Below, piece by piece: positions 15,901 to 22,814 of a DNA stretch of 64,000 bases. The notes under the pieces were generated by a model that saw only the letters and a list, made by a program, of their open reading frames with translations, was not told where the DNA came from and searched no databases. A program made the translations under genes and the position numbers. Positions within the stretch are counted from its first letter, which is position 1, and the number at the start of each line of letters is the position of its first letter. The stretch is from a virus: IMG/VR virus record IMGVR_UViG_3300020385_000005, positions 1 through 64,000 of that record; one strand, 5' to 3'.

Positions 15901-18900
15901 GGTATGGTAGCCCCATATTTAGAGCTGACACAGTCCAAGCCGCATGGTTGAACAGACCGCCATTGTCCCACATAGGGGTACGCAGTGATGCTGCTCTGCG
16001 GTCTTTCGACCATACCATCAACGGTACTTGCTCATCAGCATCTTCCCATGTCTCCAAATCCATATTGCGATACTGATCGAAGGTGACACCACGCATTCCG
16101 TAGATTGGGAAGTGATTTGGACAGTTAACCACTTTGCTACCAGGATGCTTAGCGGCAATTACTTTTGCCTCTGATTCAGTAACATTTGCAGCATGACAAG
16201 TTTTTCCGTCAACTACGACCCACTGCTTTCCGTCAATATATTTGCCTGGTAGGATCCAACCATCATTGCTGTACTCACCCTCATACCAGTATTCCACTGA
16301 ATGAGTGACACGCTCGTACTTTTGAAGGTCGATACCTGTTTGCTGAAGCGCATACAGGAAGTCCATGTATTTACGTGCCATTGGATTCATAGGGTGGTAA
16401 CCACGATCGGTGTGTCCCCATGTGTGGAAATTCAATGGAGCTGCTGCTGAAAGCGTTGGCCCACCTACATTATCTTGTCCAGGGCTGTTACCTGGTGCAT
16501 TCAAGAAGCGCTGAACCTTACGCAGAAGGTCTTTGTTACCAGCCTTAGCTGCCTCATAGGCTTCTTTTACCCCACCTTCCTTGGTGATGATTGGATCAAA
16601 AGCATTCACTACAAATGCTTTTGACTGCTCTTTCGCCGGAAGAACGCTAGGGTGCTTTTTCTCAATGTTTTTCGCCAAAGCAACCAACAACGGGTTATAG
16701 CTGAGCATATTTCTATCCCCATCGTTATCACCGCACACAGCTTCTTGCAATGTCGTATCGACGATGATGCTGCCTTCGGCTACACTTGGTAGCAGCGCTC
16801 GAAGGAACATAAGCACATTGTCTGCATCACTACCATGGCGAGCTTGTACCTTCTCAATGAATCGTACCGCTTCTGCATTCTTCGACAATCCAGTTCCACG
16901 GGTTGAGAATTTACCCATCACTGTACCAAGATCACTCTTGTCCTCTGCCATGTTGTACGCATCAAGAAGTTCAGCAATAAAACCAATGTCCAGCACCTTG
17001 GGACAACGAACTGTATCGTGCCCCTGATTAGGTGTCCTTCCGAAGAAGGCATGTGTTCGCCATTTATTACCTTGAAGGCGATCAATGGCAACCTCTTGAC
17101 CTAAATCAATCATTTGTATATAGCGGCTTTCCGCTTTCAACCCGAAACCACTGCTGATGCGCTCCGTTTGCTTTTTGCCCATCAATTTCATAAGGGCCAG
17201 AGCTTTTTGAGCTTGGTTAATGCTATTTGTTGCACCATCAACCCCATTGAGTCGCTCAGCAAAAGCTGACACTAGTTTATTCTCACTGTCGAGGATGCGT
17301 TTAAACATCTTACGCAGTTGTTGTGCAGCCAAACCACCTTCAGCTAGAATTTGCTTAACAAATTCTTCATCCAGAAGTTGTGTGACCTGCCAACCCAACG
17401 AGATCTTGGCTGTGTCCATAGGAGCGTCGAGCGTAATAGCCCAATTATAAATATCGATGCCTTGCAGCCCCTCGAACTTTAAGCCAGTCTTCGGGAACTT
17501 CGTTTTGTTGCCCTTGTTCTGGTCTGCGTCCAGGAATTGGCACACGATATACGTCGCACCATTAACAACGAACGCATACTGTAACATACACGCTTTCTTT
17601 TCGATGTCTACCAAGTAGCGAGCGAGACCTTTCTTGTGAGCGATGACTCGATCAACGAGATCCTGGAAGCTGGTGAAGTCTCCATCTTTTCTCACTTTGA
17701 CGAGTGCATCAGCAGTTGCGTTACCAACACCATCCATTGACATTAACATTGCTTTATCAGCGCTATTAATGTTCTGTAATGGCGTTGTCTTCTTCAAGCG
17801 TTTGAGAGTTGCCTTGCGACCTTTGTCCACTTGCTTATCATAGGAGTAGTTGTAAGCAGTCCAAGATCCATCCTCCAACTGCATACCAACAAATTTGGCA
17901 GCTGTCGACAAACCCTTAAACAGTCCTTTTGAAGCGCCTTCACGCCCTAAGCCAATAGTTCTGGCACGGTTCTGGATCGCTGTCATTAAGCCTGCGGTGA
18001 AGATGGTGCCGCCATCATTACCCTTCCAGCCAAACTGTGAGAGGTAACCTGAAAGCGTAGGAATACCATGTGGCAGTTCCGCTTGGTTAGGGGTTGTTAT
18101 GGCAGATCTAGCATAGCCACGCTGCTCAACTGCGTTCTTGAACATCTCATCCATTAATGCAATGAATGCATCACATAGGTCTGTGCCCAATTTCACAGCA
18201 AATCCTCGACATATGCTCACATATCCTGAGTCAAGGAGAATATCTGCGACATTCTTCATGAGTTCTTTGCTGTTAATGTCGTCGATTTCGTACAAGATCG
18301 CATTATCACCAGATATTTCCAAGCTAAGATCCGCTAAGATCTTCTCAACTGTGGTGTTGAATGATGCGAGGAAGCGACCTGCGCCACCCTTCATGGTCAG
18401 TCTAGTAGCTGTACCTTTGACCTCTTTGTCGTCACTGTGTGACGAATTCCCTGCAGAGGTGTTTGGCGTGCCTTTCTTGCTCTTACCGAAGCGGATGCAT
18501 GGTAAGATGTTGTATCCTGTGGATGCCATCAGGGCACGGATGTCATCTTGTAACAAGCTCTTCGCTCCGAGCGCTTTTTTCTCACGCTGGGTGTCAAGCA
18601 TATTGGTCGCGATAGGAGTAACCATCGACACATTCAACAAGTTACCAAGGTTAGATTTGGCAAATCGTGAGATCACCTTCTCGAGAAGACTTGCGCCATT
18701 CTCTGATGTGATTTCGAAATTGAAATCGTCGAAATACTCTACGGTTACGTCTGCGATTTCTGCAGATTTCGTAGCCGCTTTTCGTTCAGCTTTAGCTTTC
18801 GCCTTAGCCGCCTTTCGTTCAGCTTTAGCTTTGCGAGCCTCAGCCTTTACATGACTCGGACATAATGAATATTTCATAAGTCCTCCTTTCTTTGTGTTAA

Positions 18901-19501
18901 GAGTGCGTAACATAGCGCGACTCTTTTGTTTGAGTGTGTTGTTGTGTTCACGACGAGCCGCAGCCTTAGCCTTTCTAGCTTCAGCCTTGGCTTTATTCGC
19001 TGCCAAGCGTGTCTTACGGGCCTCTTCTCGAGCCTCTTTGCGAGCTTCTTTATGAGCTGCTTTACGGGCCTCGATAGCTTCTGCTTCTGCTTGCTCTTCA
19101 ACTTTGCGAGCTTCAGCCTCTGCTGCTTCAAAGTCAATCTCTTCGCCAGTAAATAGGCGGTATGTATACTCACCTTGTTTCACTGGAGTGGTCTTCGATA
19201 AGAACGTCTCCAGTTTTCGTTTGAGTATCCGCGATGTCTCTGGACGGCTTGCGAGAGTGGTCCATACCATCTCTCTGTAAGCTTGTGGTACGTGACCACA
19301 GGTAGCGACTGGGAGGCGACCTTGTCGTTTCTTGGCCATAGTATTTAGGGCCTTGAAGACCAAGTAATTGAGTGTAGTGTTGTTTTGCATGGCAAAACCT
19401 CTCTGTGTTTGACTGTGAGCGATTGTTGTGTTGAGCCCACAGTTGGTTGTAGAAATTAAGCCCATGAAAAGGGCAAAGAATGTGTTTAGTAAAATACGCA
19501 T
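12974..19501 (-). CDS. giant protein (2175 aa) with beta-prime-like double-psi beta-barrel motif; candidate single-chain RNA polymerase
   Basis: FFGRTPNQGHD (about 17015-17045) and AVCGDNDGDRNMLSYNPL (DNDGD = 16715-16729) resemble NRAPTLH and LVCxAxNADFDGDQMAVHVPL of RNAP beta-prime. There is a ComEA-like HhH (about 17645-17745), KAEARKAKA repeats, and a hydrophobic N-terminus. Confidence 0.5.
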   Translation of the reverse strand: MRILLNTFFALFMGLISTTNCGLNTTIAHSQTQRGFAMQNNTTLNYLVFKALNTMAKKRQGRLPVATCGHVPQAYREMVWTTLASRPETSRILKRKLETFLSKTTPVKQGEYTYRLFTGEEIDFEAAEAEARKVEEQAEAEAIEARKAAHKEARKEAREEARKTRLAANKAKAEARKAKAAARREHNNTLKQKSRAMLRTLNTKKGGLMKYSLCPSHVKAEARKAKAERKAAKAKAKAERKAATKSAEIADVTVEYFDDFNFEITSENGASLLEKVISRFAKSNLGNLLNVSMVTPIATNMLDTQREKKALGAKSLLQDDIRALMASTGYNILPCIRFGKSKKGTPNTSAGNSSHSDDKEVKGTATRLTMKGGAGRFLASFNTTVEKILADLSLEISGDNAILYEIDDINSKELMKNVADILLDSGYVSICRGFAVKLGTDLCDAFIALMDEMFKNAVEQRGYARSAITTPNQAELPHGIPTLSGYLSQFGWKGNDGGTIFTAGLMTAIQNRARTIGLGREGASKGLFKGLSTAAKFVGMQLEDGSWTAYNYSYDKQVDKGRKATLKRLKKTTPLQNINSADKAMLMSMDGVGNATADALVKVRKDGDFTSFQDLVDRVIAHKKGLARYLVDIEKKACMLQYAFVVNGATYIVCQFLDADQNKGNKTKFPKTGLKFEGLQGIDIYNWAITLDAPMDTAKISLGWQVTQLLDEEFVKQILAEGGLAAQQLRKMFKRILDSENKLVSAFAERLNGVDGATNSINQAQKALALMKLMGKKQTERISSGFGLKAESRYIQMIDLGQEVAIDRLQGNKWRTHAFFGRTPNQGHDTVRCPKVLDIGFIAELLDAYNMAEDKSDLGTVMGKFSTRGTGLSKNAEAVRFIEKVQARHGSDADNVLMFLRALLPSVAEGSIIVDTTLQEAVCGDNDGDRNMLSYNPLLVALAKNIEKKHPSVLPAKEQSKAFVVNAFDPIITKEGGVKEAYEAAKAGNKDLLRKVQRFLNAPGNSPGQDNVGGPTLSAAAPLNFHTWGHTDRGYHPMNPMARKYMDFLYALQQTGIDLQKYERVTHSVEYWYEGEYSNDGWILPGKYIDGKQWVVVDGKTCHAANVTESEAKVIAAKHPGSKVVNCPNHFPIYGMRGVTFDQYRNMDLETWEDADEQVPLMVWSKDRRAASLRTPMWDNGGLFNHAAWTVSALNMGLPYLTFGDMSELQDLFDCSTKVPKANWEELAKWFNNRRTSYGLSPVTAQQVEYYWVWPKMVSSYQKLGYMKDNTQAPGVFSSMRARIKAIYEDVCSIECKGMSDFMKPEFMLSESRFAEFVSQAVDNKAYIPYFDGWKAEQIMRAMYFAYIDKAIDAAQAKSQSEKTQIDQVSSGSDMKQYLRAALGSNSFLSIESDQLKYLRQFARTWRNALSVRALSNEDKMDALGGMMILAIRAIDSMGKREVNDLEAGVDFLSELVKTKDCEFLIDIMGNYPAFKQWADTQFEGEDAPMLQGRNKSEMITLHQQYKAAQKVCSLESVQEFLIASQSLANVSKAELYHVAATESEDLTGKITEWIASEYFGALEEAYEDMERSDNRQDSTDRVLELVEKATYGESLVDDIAKILGADLSTWIQNEAKTTYGLLSLNTAEEVFAFYRENRSALLAGFKAYASPIVQVGRLVEYANKVIVKDDIMDMNMVNNQFDEIVRGGIFEVDEEGVESVRSVIEFPVPEDCKLAVAHEALMSGHNLEFLTQVPRLGVTRQDKDARCYMDTTVATDWGYIFIDSPMYQMAVCTFGEFDAIQWLQAQFRCGVGHVTTADHVFLAYGLWTFKNPQSDCKTFHYDFEDSATCRATLGLDDSNWFRPYHLHAPIDAGDVRDSVIVVQEFFMTTYPHSIVIDLDYKDSIDVPNFREMEDGDRAQLLYEMQLTKTVWMPTYYGAKSKAPKLFASDLKDSKALPSQMYRYYGFTMAGCGDKQQSRGQAPAEVFDFMKAAFDNVKVGIFKDEKLKGRGSSMQWHSALGAAQIEENKQTRAKDSLFHGDFELWVANGAYENASPGYDGSIRSVFKTEITGDNGVTLPSPLNASIQGLDALVNHPDSWRGMSYLMTLSPSLLFCLVGIANEVPDDDNGDGEDMRARMMYSVRNQSVSSVRKLFGQITKTYGVDTTLLGVNTPVNPEWDVETMKHFIMAYNGFKA
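18775..18832 (-). repeat. 33-nt tandem duplication inside the giant gene
   Basis: CCGC(T/C)TTTCGTTCAGCTTTAGCTTT occurs at 18775-18799 and 18808-18832 and encodes KAKAERKAA units. Confidence 0.7.
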
Positions 19502-19507
19502 ATCAGT

Positions 19508-19521
19508 GTCCTTTCAAAGAC
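19508..19521 (-). promoter_or_regulatory. SD-in-loop hairpin (loose variant) before the giant gene
   Basis: mRNA sense GUC-UUUGAAAG-GAC; ends 6 nt before AUG 19501. Confidence 0.35.
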
Positions 19522-19586
19522 TTGATGAATAGCTAAAGCCGAAATGGCACCTTCTGGTAGAAGGCTGGAGAGTCGCTATAATCTCT

Positions 19587-19657
19587 CCATTAAAGGGAAC
19601 AAATTAAAAAACATGCCCCGGAGTGCGGTGGTGCACTCGGGGCAACGTCTTCTAATC
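19587..19657 (-). terminator. terminator plus conserved box, cassette copy 2
   Basis: Hairpin GCCCCGAGUGC-ACCA-GCACUCCGGGGC with a bulge (19615-19643), followed by AUGUUUUUUAAUUUGUUCCCUUUAAUGG. About 70 nt are homologous to copy 4. Confidence 0.65.
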
Positions 19658-19675
19658 TTCAACACGGAAATAAAC

Positions 19676-21247
19676 TCAACCGTGTTGGGAATTCATTTTT
19701 TCTATTTTGCTACCAACTATCAAATTGCGGTAATACCGCATGGTAATTCGGCCATATTCATAGGCCGTCTCCCCAGTCCCAGCGTACCTGTAAATAAGAT
19801 ATGTAGCCTTGCCATTTCTTTTCACTGGTCGAAGCCATTGTGATGAGTTCTTTAGGTGGATCTTCTTTACGCGCCCTTCAGGGCCGTATCGCCAGCTTTT
19901 CTCAAGCCAACGCTTTTGGGCTTGGAACGCATACTCAAATGACCCATTCAGTCGTGCGCACTCGCCCTGAAGGCCCCGAGTGTCCACCTGGACGATTCCA
20001 CATGCTTGCATGTGGCTCATATAGACTTCTCTCTCCCAAATGTGGTGGGAGAAGATAATCTGACCACCTACTTGTTTAAAAGAGGAACCCTGGCTGAACC
20101 CACAGCCAGTCTCCTTCAAGCAGATGCTAAGCGCGAGCTTTTGCGTCTCTAACGGAGCGTCCCCCCAGACCTTCTGGAAGGCCTTCACAATTCGGGTCAA
20201 ACGACCTTCATTGTTGACCTTGAAGTGTTGTCGTATGGAAGCACTTACGTCAAGTTGTGCTTTTACTTCCCTTTTACAAGGGTAAAGTTTCATTCCATAC
20301 TGGGCTGACACTCGATTAGTGTCAAGTTGTGCATTAGTGCATGCAGCATAAAGATTTGTTGTAGTCGCCAACAGAAGAATTACAGCAACGAGAGCAATAA
20401 TCATAATGCGGCAGGCCGCCTGCATTCTGCCAAAGGGGCAGATGTAATCTTTCTCCAAATAACGATTATGGTAGGAGCCTTCGTTTTTTACGTTAGCAAC
20501 GAGAAAGTCGCATAATCCACGTCCCCACAAAAGTGTTAAGAGGATAAGTAGGATGCCGACTGGGTGATCGAACCCAGCGCAAACAAGCTTTTCTCCCTGT
20601 ATCTCACAAGTGGTCTTAAGAAAATCTTTGGTCGCTTTAACATCTAGCTGCTGAATCTCTTTTGTTCGACAATTGTAAAGGACCATACCATACTGCGCCG
20701 ACACTCGGTTTACTTGTAATTCTGCATCGGTGCAAGCAGCATGAGATGTTTCAACCATGCCGACGATTGCAGCCAAAGCCACAAGTCCGATTAGGATAAC
20801 GAGCCTTGCTTCCCTATCGGAGAGACTCCTGAACAAGAAGAGGAAGCAAATGAAGAATAGCACCTTGAGCGGTTGATCCGCCGTGATGCCAGCACATAGG
20901 ATCTGGCCCCTGGTGAAGCGGCACTTAACGCCAGGCCCAACCTTGCGGATGTGCTCTTGGAGCAACAGTCGTTGGTTGGTACAAGCCCCTTTAGAGCGCG
21001 TGAGAACTCGTCGACGAATCATATAGCCGCTCGCCCTACACTCCTTTGGGGTGGCGGTAGAAGCAGATTTGGTAGGGGTAGCTTTAGCAGGAGGGGCATC
21101 AAGAGCCTCCTCTAAGAGGCCAGGACATACGATGTGGTTGTAGTTACCACCGGTACAAGTATCGGCGGCAATTGTTTTGAGAGCACCACAGCCTGTAACT
21201 GCGGTAAGGAAAAGAAAGCCAATGAAGGCAAGAATAAGGTTACGCAT
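19676..21247 (-). CDS. multi-module envelope protein with C-terminal lytic-transglycosylase-like domain (523 aa)
   Basis: Lipoprotein-type signal (LTAVTG/C). Repeated Cys module (AACT[DN]A[EQ]L..NRVSAQYGM.LY.C; ...CAG+TM) separated by paired hydrophobic helices. C-terminal SICLKETGCGF ... ACGIVQVD is SLT-like. Confidence 0.45.
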   Translation of the reverse strand: MRNLILAFIGFLFLTAVTGCGALKTIAADTCTGGNYNHIVCPGLLEEALDAPPAKATPTKSASTATPKECRASGYMIRRRVLTRSKGACTNQRLLLQEHIRKVGPGVKCRFTRGQILCAGITADQPLKVLFFICFLFLFRSLSDREARLVILIGLVALAAIVGMVETSHAACTDAELQVNRVSAQYGMVLYNCRTKEIQQLDVKATKDFLKTTCEIQGEKLVCAGFDHPVGILLILLTLLWGRGLCDFLVANVKNEGSYHNRYLEKDYICPFGRMQAACRIMIIALVAVILLLATTTNLYAACTNAQLDTNRVSAQYGMKLYPCKREVKAQLDVSASIRQHFKVNNEGRLTRIVKAFQKVWGDAPLETQKLALSICLKETGCGFSQGSSFKQVGGQIIFSHHIWEREVYMSHMQACGIVQVDTRGLQGECARLNGSFEYAFQAQKRWLEKSWRYGPEGRVKKIHLKNSSQWLRPVKRNGKATYLIYRYAGTGETAYEYGRITMRYYRNLIVGSKIEKMNSQHG

Positions 21248-21251
21248 GATT

Positions 21252-21266
21252 ATGTCCCTTCGACAT
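21252..21266 (-). promoter_or_regulatory. SD-in-loop hairpin (copy 7)
   Basis: mRNA sense AUGUC-GAAGG-GACAU; ends 4 nt before AUG 21247. Confidence 0.5.
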
Positions 21267-21311
21267 GTGATTTAAGCGTATATAGCCATGTTGTTTTTCA
21301 CACTATGTGAT

Positions 21312-21368
21312 GGAGGAGGCAAATCCCCCATTAAAAGGAGCCAAATTAAAAAAAGCCCCGAAGGGCTC
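21312..21368 (-). terminator. terminator plus conserved box, cassette copy 3
   Basis: AGCCC-UUCG-GGGCU hairpin (21354-21367), followed by UUUUUUUAAUUUGGCUCCUUUUAAUGGGGGAUUUGCCUCCUCC. Confidence 0.55.
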
Positions 21369-21384
21369 TCTTTAATCCATCCCT

Positions 21385-21987
21385 CTACAGGGCGCTTGCC
21401 ATGAGGCGAAGCCTGTCCTGGGTAGGCAGGTAGTCACCACCACTAGCCGTATCCTCCCAGTAGCCTTGCTCTGGGTGTAGCATGAAGTACTCAGCTAGAT
21501 CCCACGCATCATGCTGTGCATAAGCAGCAGCGAACACATCTGCATCAACCTCACCGAGGCCATATGTATGACCTATCTCATGAGCCAGTACTATCCGGCC
21601 CATGTAGCCACCAGGACCTATATTAAAGTGAGGCCCTAGATTAAAAGCTTTCTGAGCCCTCTCTCCAAAGAAGTAGCTATTCTTCCTGGTGGTAAGGCGT
21701 GCAGGGTAGCCCATTAGACTATACGGATTCTCCTGAGAGAAGAACTCTTTGGCACCCCATACATCTACGATGGGCCTATCAGGAGTGATAACATCAAACA
21801 TACTGATGTTCCTCTCAAAGCCCTCGATACCTTCATGGCCATGGACCTCCGCTAGGAAGGTATCGATACCCTCTTCCACTGTGTTGAAAGAAGGTAGTTC
21901 ATGGTTATTGGTGGTTGATGGCTCACAGGCCAGTGAGGTTATAGGGTTGATGAGGATGAGGCTAATGGCAAAGAATAGGATACGCAT
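21385..21987 (-). CDS. secreted zinc metallopeptidase-like protein (200 aa)
   Basis: Signal peptide MRILFFAISLILINPITSLA/CEP. HEIGHTYGLGE (HExxHxxGxxE, nt about 21566-21585). Confidence 0.55.
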   Translation of the reverse strand: MRILFFAISLILINPITSLACEPSTTNNHELPSFNTVEEGIDTFLAEVHGHEGIEGFERNISMFDVITPDRPIVDVWGAKEFFSQENPYSLMGYPARLTTRKNSYFFGERAQKAFNLGPHFNIGPGGYMGRIVLAHEIGHTYGLGEVDADVFAAAYAQHDAWDLAEYFMLHPEQGYWEDTASGGDYLPTQDRLRLMASAL

Positions 21988-22014
21988 AGTAATGTCCTTT
22001 TTAGTTAAGTAAAT

Positions 22015-22088
22015 CCACTAAAAGGAGCAAATTAAAAAACACGCCCTACAGTGCGGTGGTGCACCATAGGGCCTAAGCGTCTCTTAAT
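22015..22088 (-). terminator. terminator plus conserved box, cassette copy 4
   Basis: Hairpin 22043-22072 shares the inner AGTGCGGTGGTGCAC with copy 2. It is followed on the minus strand by GUGUUUUUUAAUUUGCUCCUUUUAGUGG. Confidence 0.6.
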
Positions 22089-22100
22089 TGTATAGTAAGA

Positions 22101-22352
22101 TTAATACAGCTTGTAGAAAGTTGTATTGCTCTTACCAGTCTTGTGGACCTCTTTGGCCCAGTGCTCCCCTGAGGGAGTTACGACTAGGTATTCAAATCGC
22201 ACAACTGGGTCATACCCTGTTGTACCACTCAAACGTTTAATACGGAAGGTGGAGATCTCTACCCTGCACCCAGGGGTAATACCATACCCAAGGTCGACGT
22301 TCTGGTCGGTTAGAATACGGGTTTCGTTAGAGTCATATACTTCGTTTTTCAT
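22101..22352 (-). CDS. hypothetical protein (83 aa)
   Basis: ATG start; beta-rich looking; no motif recognised. Confidence 0.5.
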   Translation of the reverse strand: MKNEVYDSNETRILTDQNVDLGYGITPGCRVEISTFRIKRLSGTTGYDPVVRFEYLVVTPSGEHWAKEVHKTGKSNTTFYKLY

Positions 22353-22380
22353 ATTTATATCCTATATGAAAAGAGTTCAA

Positions 22381-22530
22381 GGGGGGTGGGCTCGCAACTA
22401 TAGCAATCCAAAAACACCATTAATATAAATACCCCCAAATATAATCTATATATTTCCCCACCCTATATAGGTCTTTCCCCCCACCTTATAGCTAACTGAT
22501 ACCAGTCAATATTTCGGCCACTATATAAAA
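22381..22530. repeat. cluster of five C-run/TATA motifs (iteron- or promoter-like)
   Basis: GGGGGGTGGGCTCGCAACTATAGC (22381-22404), CCCCCAAATATAAT (22432-22445), CCCCACCCTATATAGG (22456-22471), CCCCCCACCTTATAGC (22477-22492) and CGGCCACTATATAA (22516-22529). An AT-rich tract follows to 22580. Confidence 0.5.
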
Positions 22531-22580
22531 ACCCTAATTTTGAAATTTTTTAATTCCAAGATTTTTATTGCTATATGGGT

Positions 22581-22814
22581 TTACAGTACAGTCTTTCTAT
22601 CTTCTAAATGCATCTCTCTTGCTATCATATACTCAGATAACTGACCATACAGCGCCATTAAGCGCTCACTTACATATTCATATGGTCCTTTTCTTTCTAA
22701 GTAATCTTCATAGAAGTCAATTATCTGTTGTAATGCACCTATCTCGATGTTAATTTTGTTTAAGTTGAGCCCAGACAACTTATATCTAGGTAATTGGTCT
22801 TTAGTGTAATTCAT
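22581..22814 (-). CDS. hypothetical protein (77 aa)
   Basis: Overlaps the upstream ParB-like gene by 14 nt, so it is probably co-translated. Confidence 0.5.
   Translation of the reverse strand: MNYTKDQLPRYKLSGLNLNKINIEIGALQQIIDFYEDYLERKGPYEYVSERLMALYGQLSEYMIAREMHLEDRKTVL

Noticed and set aside
18138-18854. 238-aa plus-strand ORF, with many other plus-strand ORFs between 13086 and 19173.
   Set aside because: They are antisense to the 2175-codon ORF and are low-complexity Ser/Ala/Leu-rich mirrors of the coding strand.
8400-22400. The G+C-rich island as a recently integrated foreign mobile element, with tRNA-like fragments as att remnants.
   Set aside because: There is no integrase or transposase, and I found no direct repeats at the two borders. 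The island also shares the distinctive hairpin-RBS motif with the AT-rich early block.
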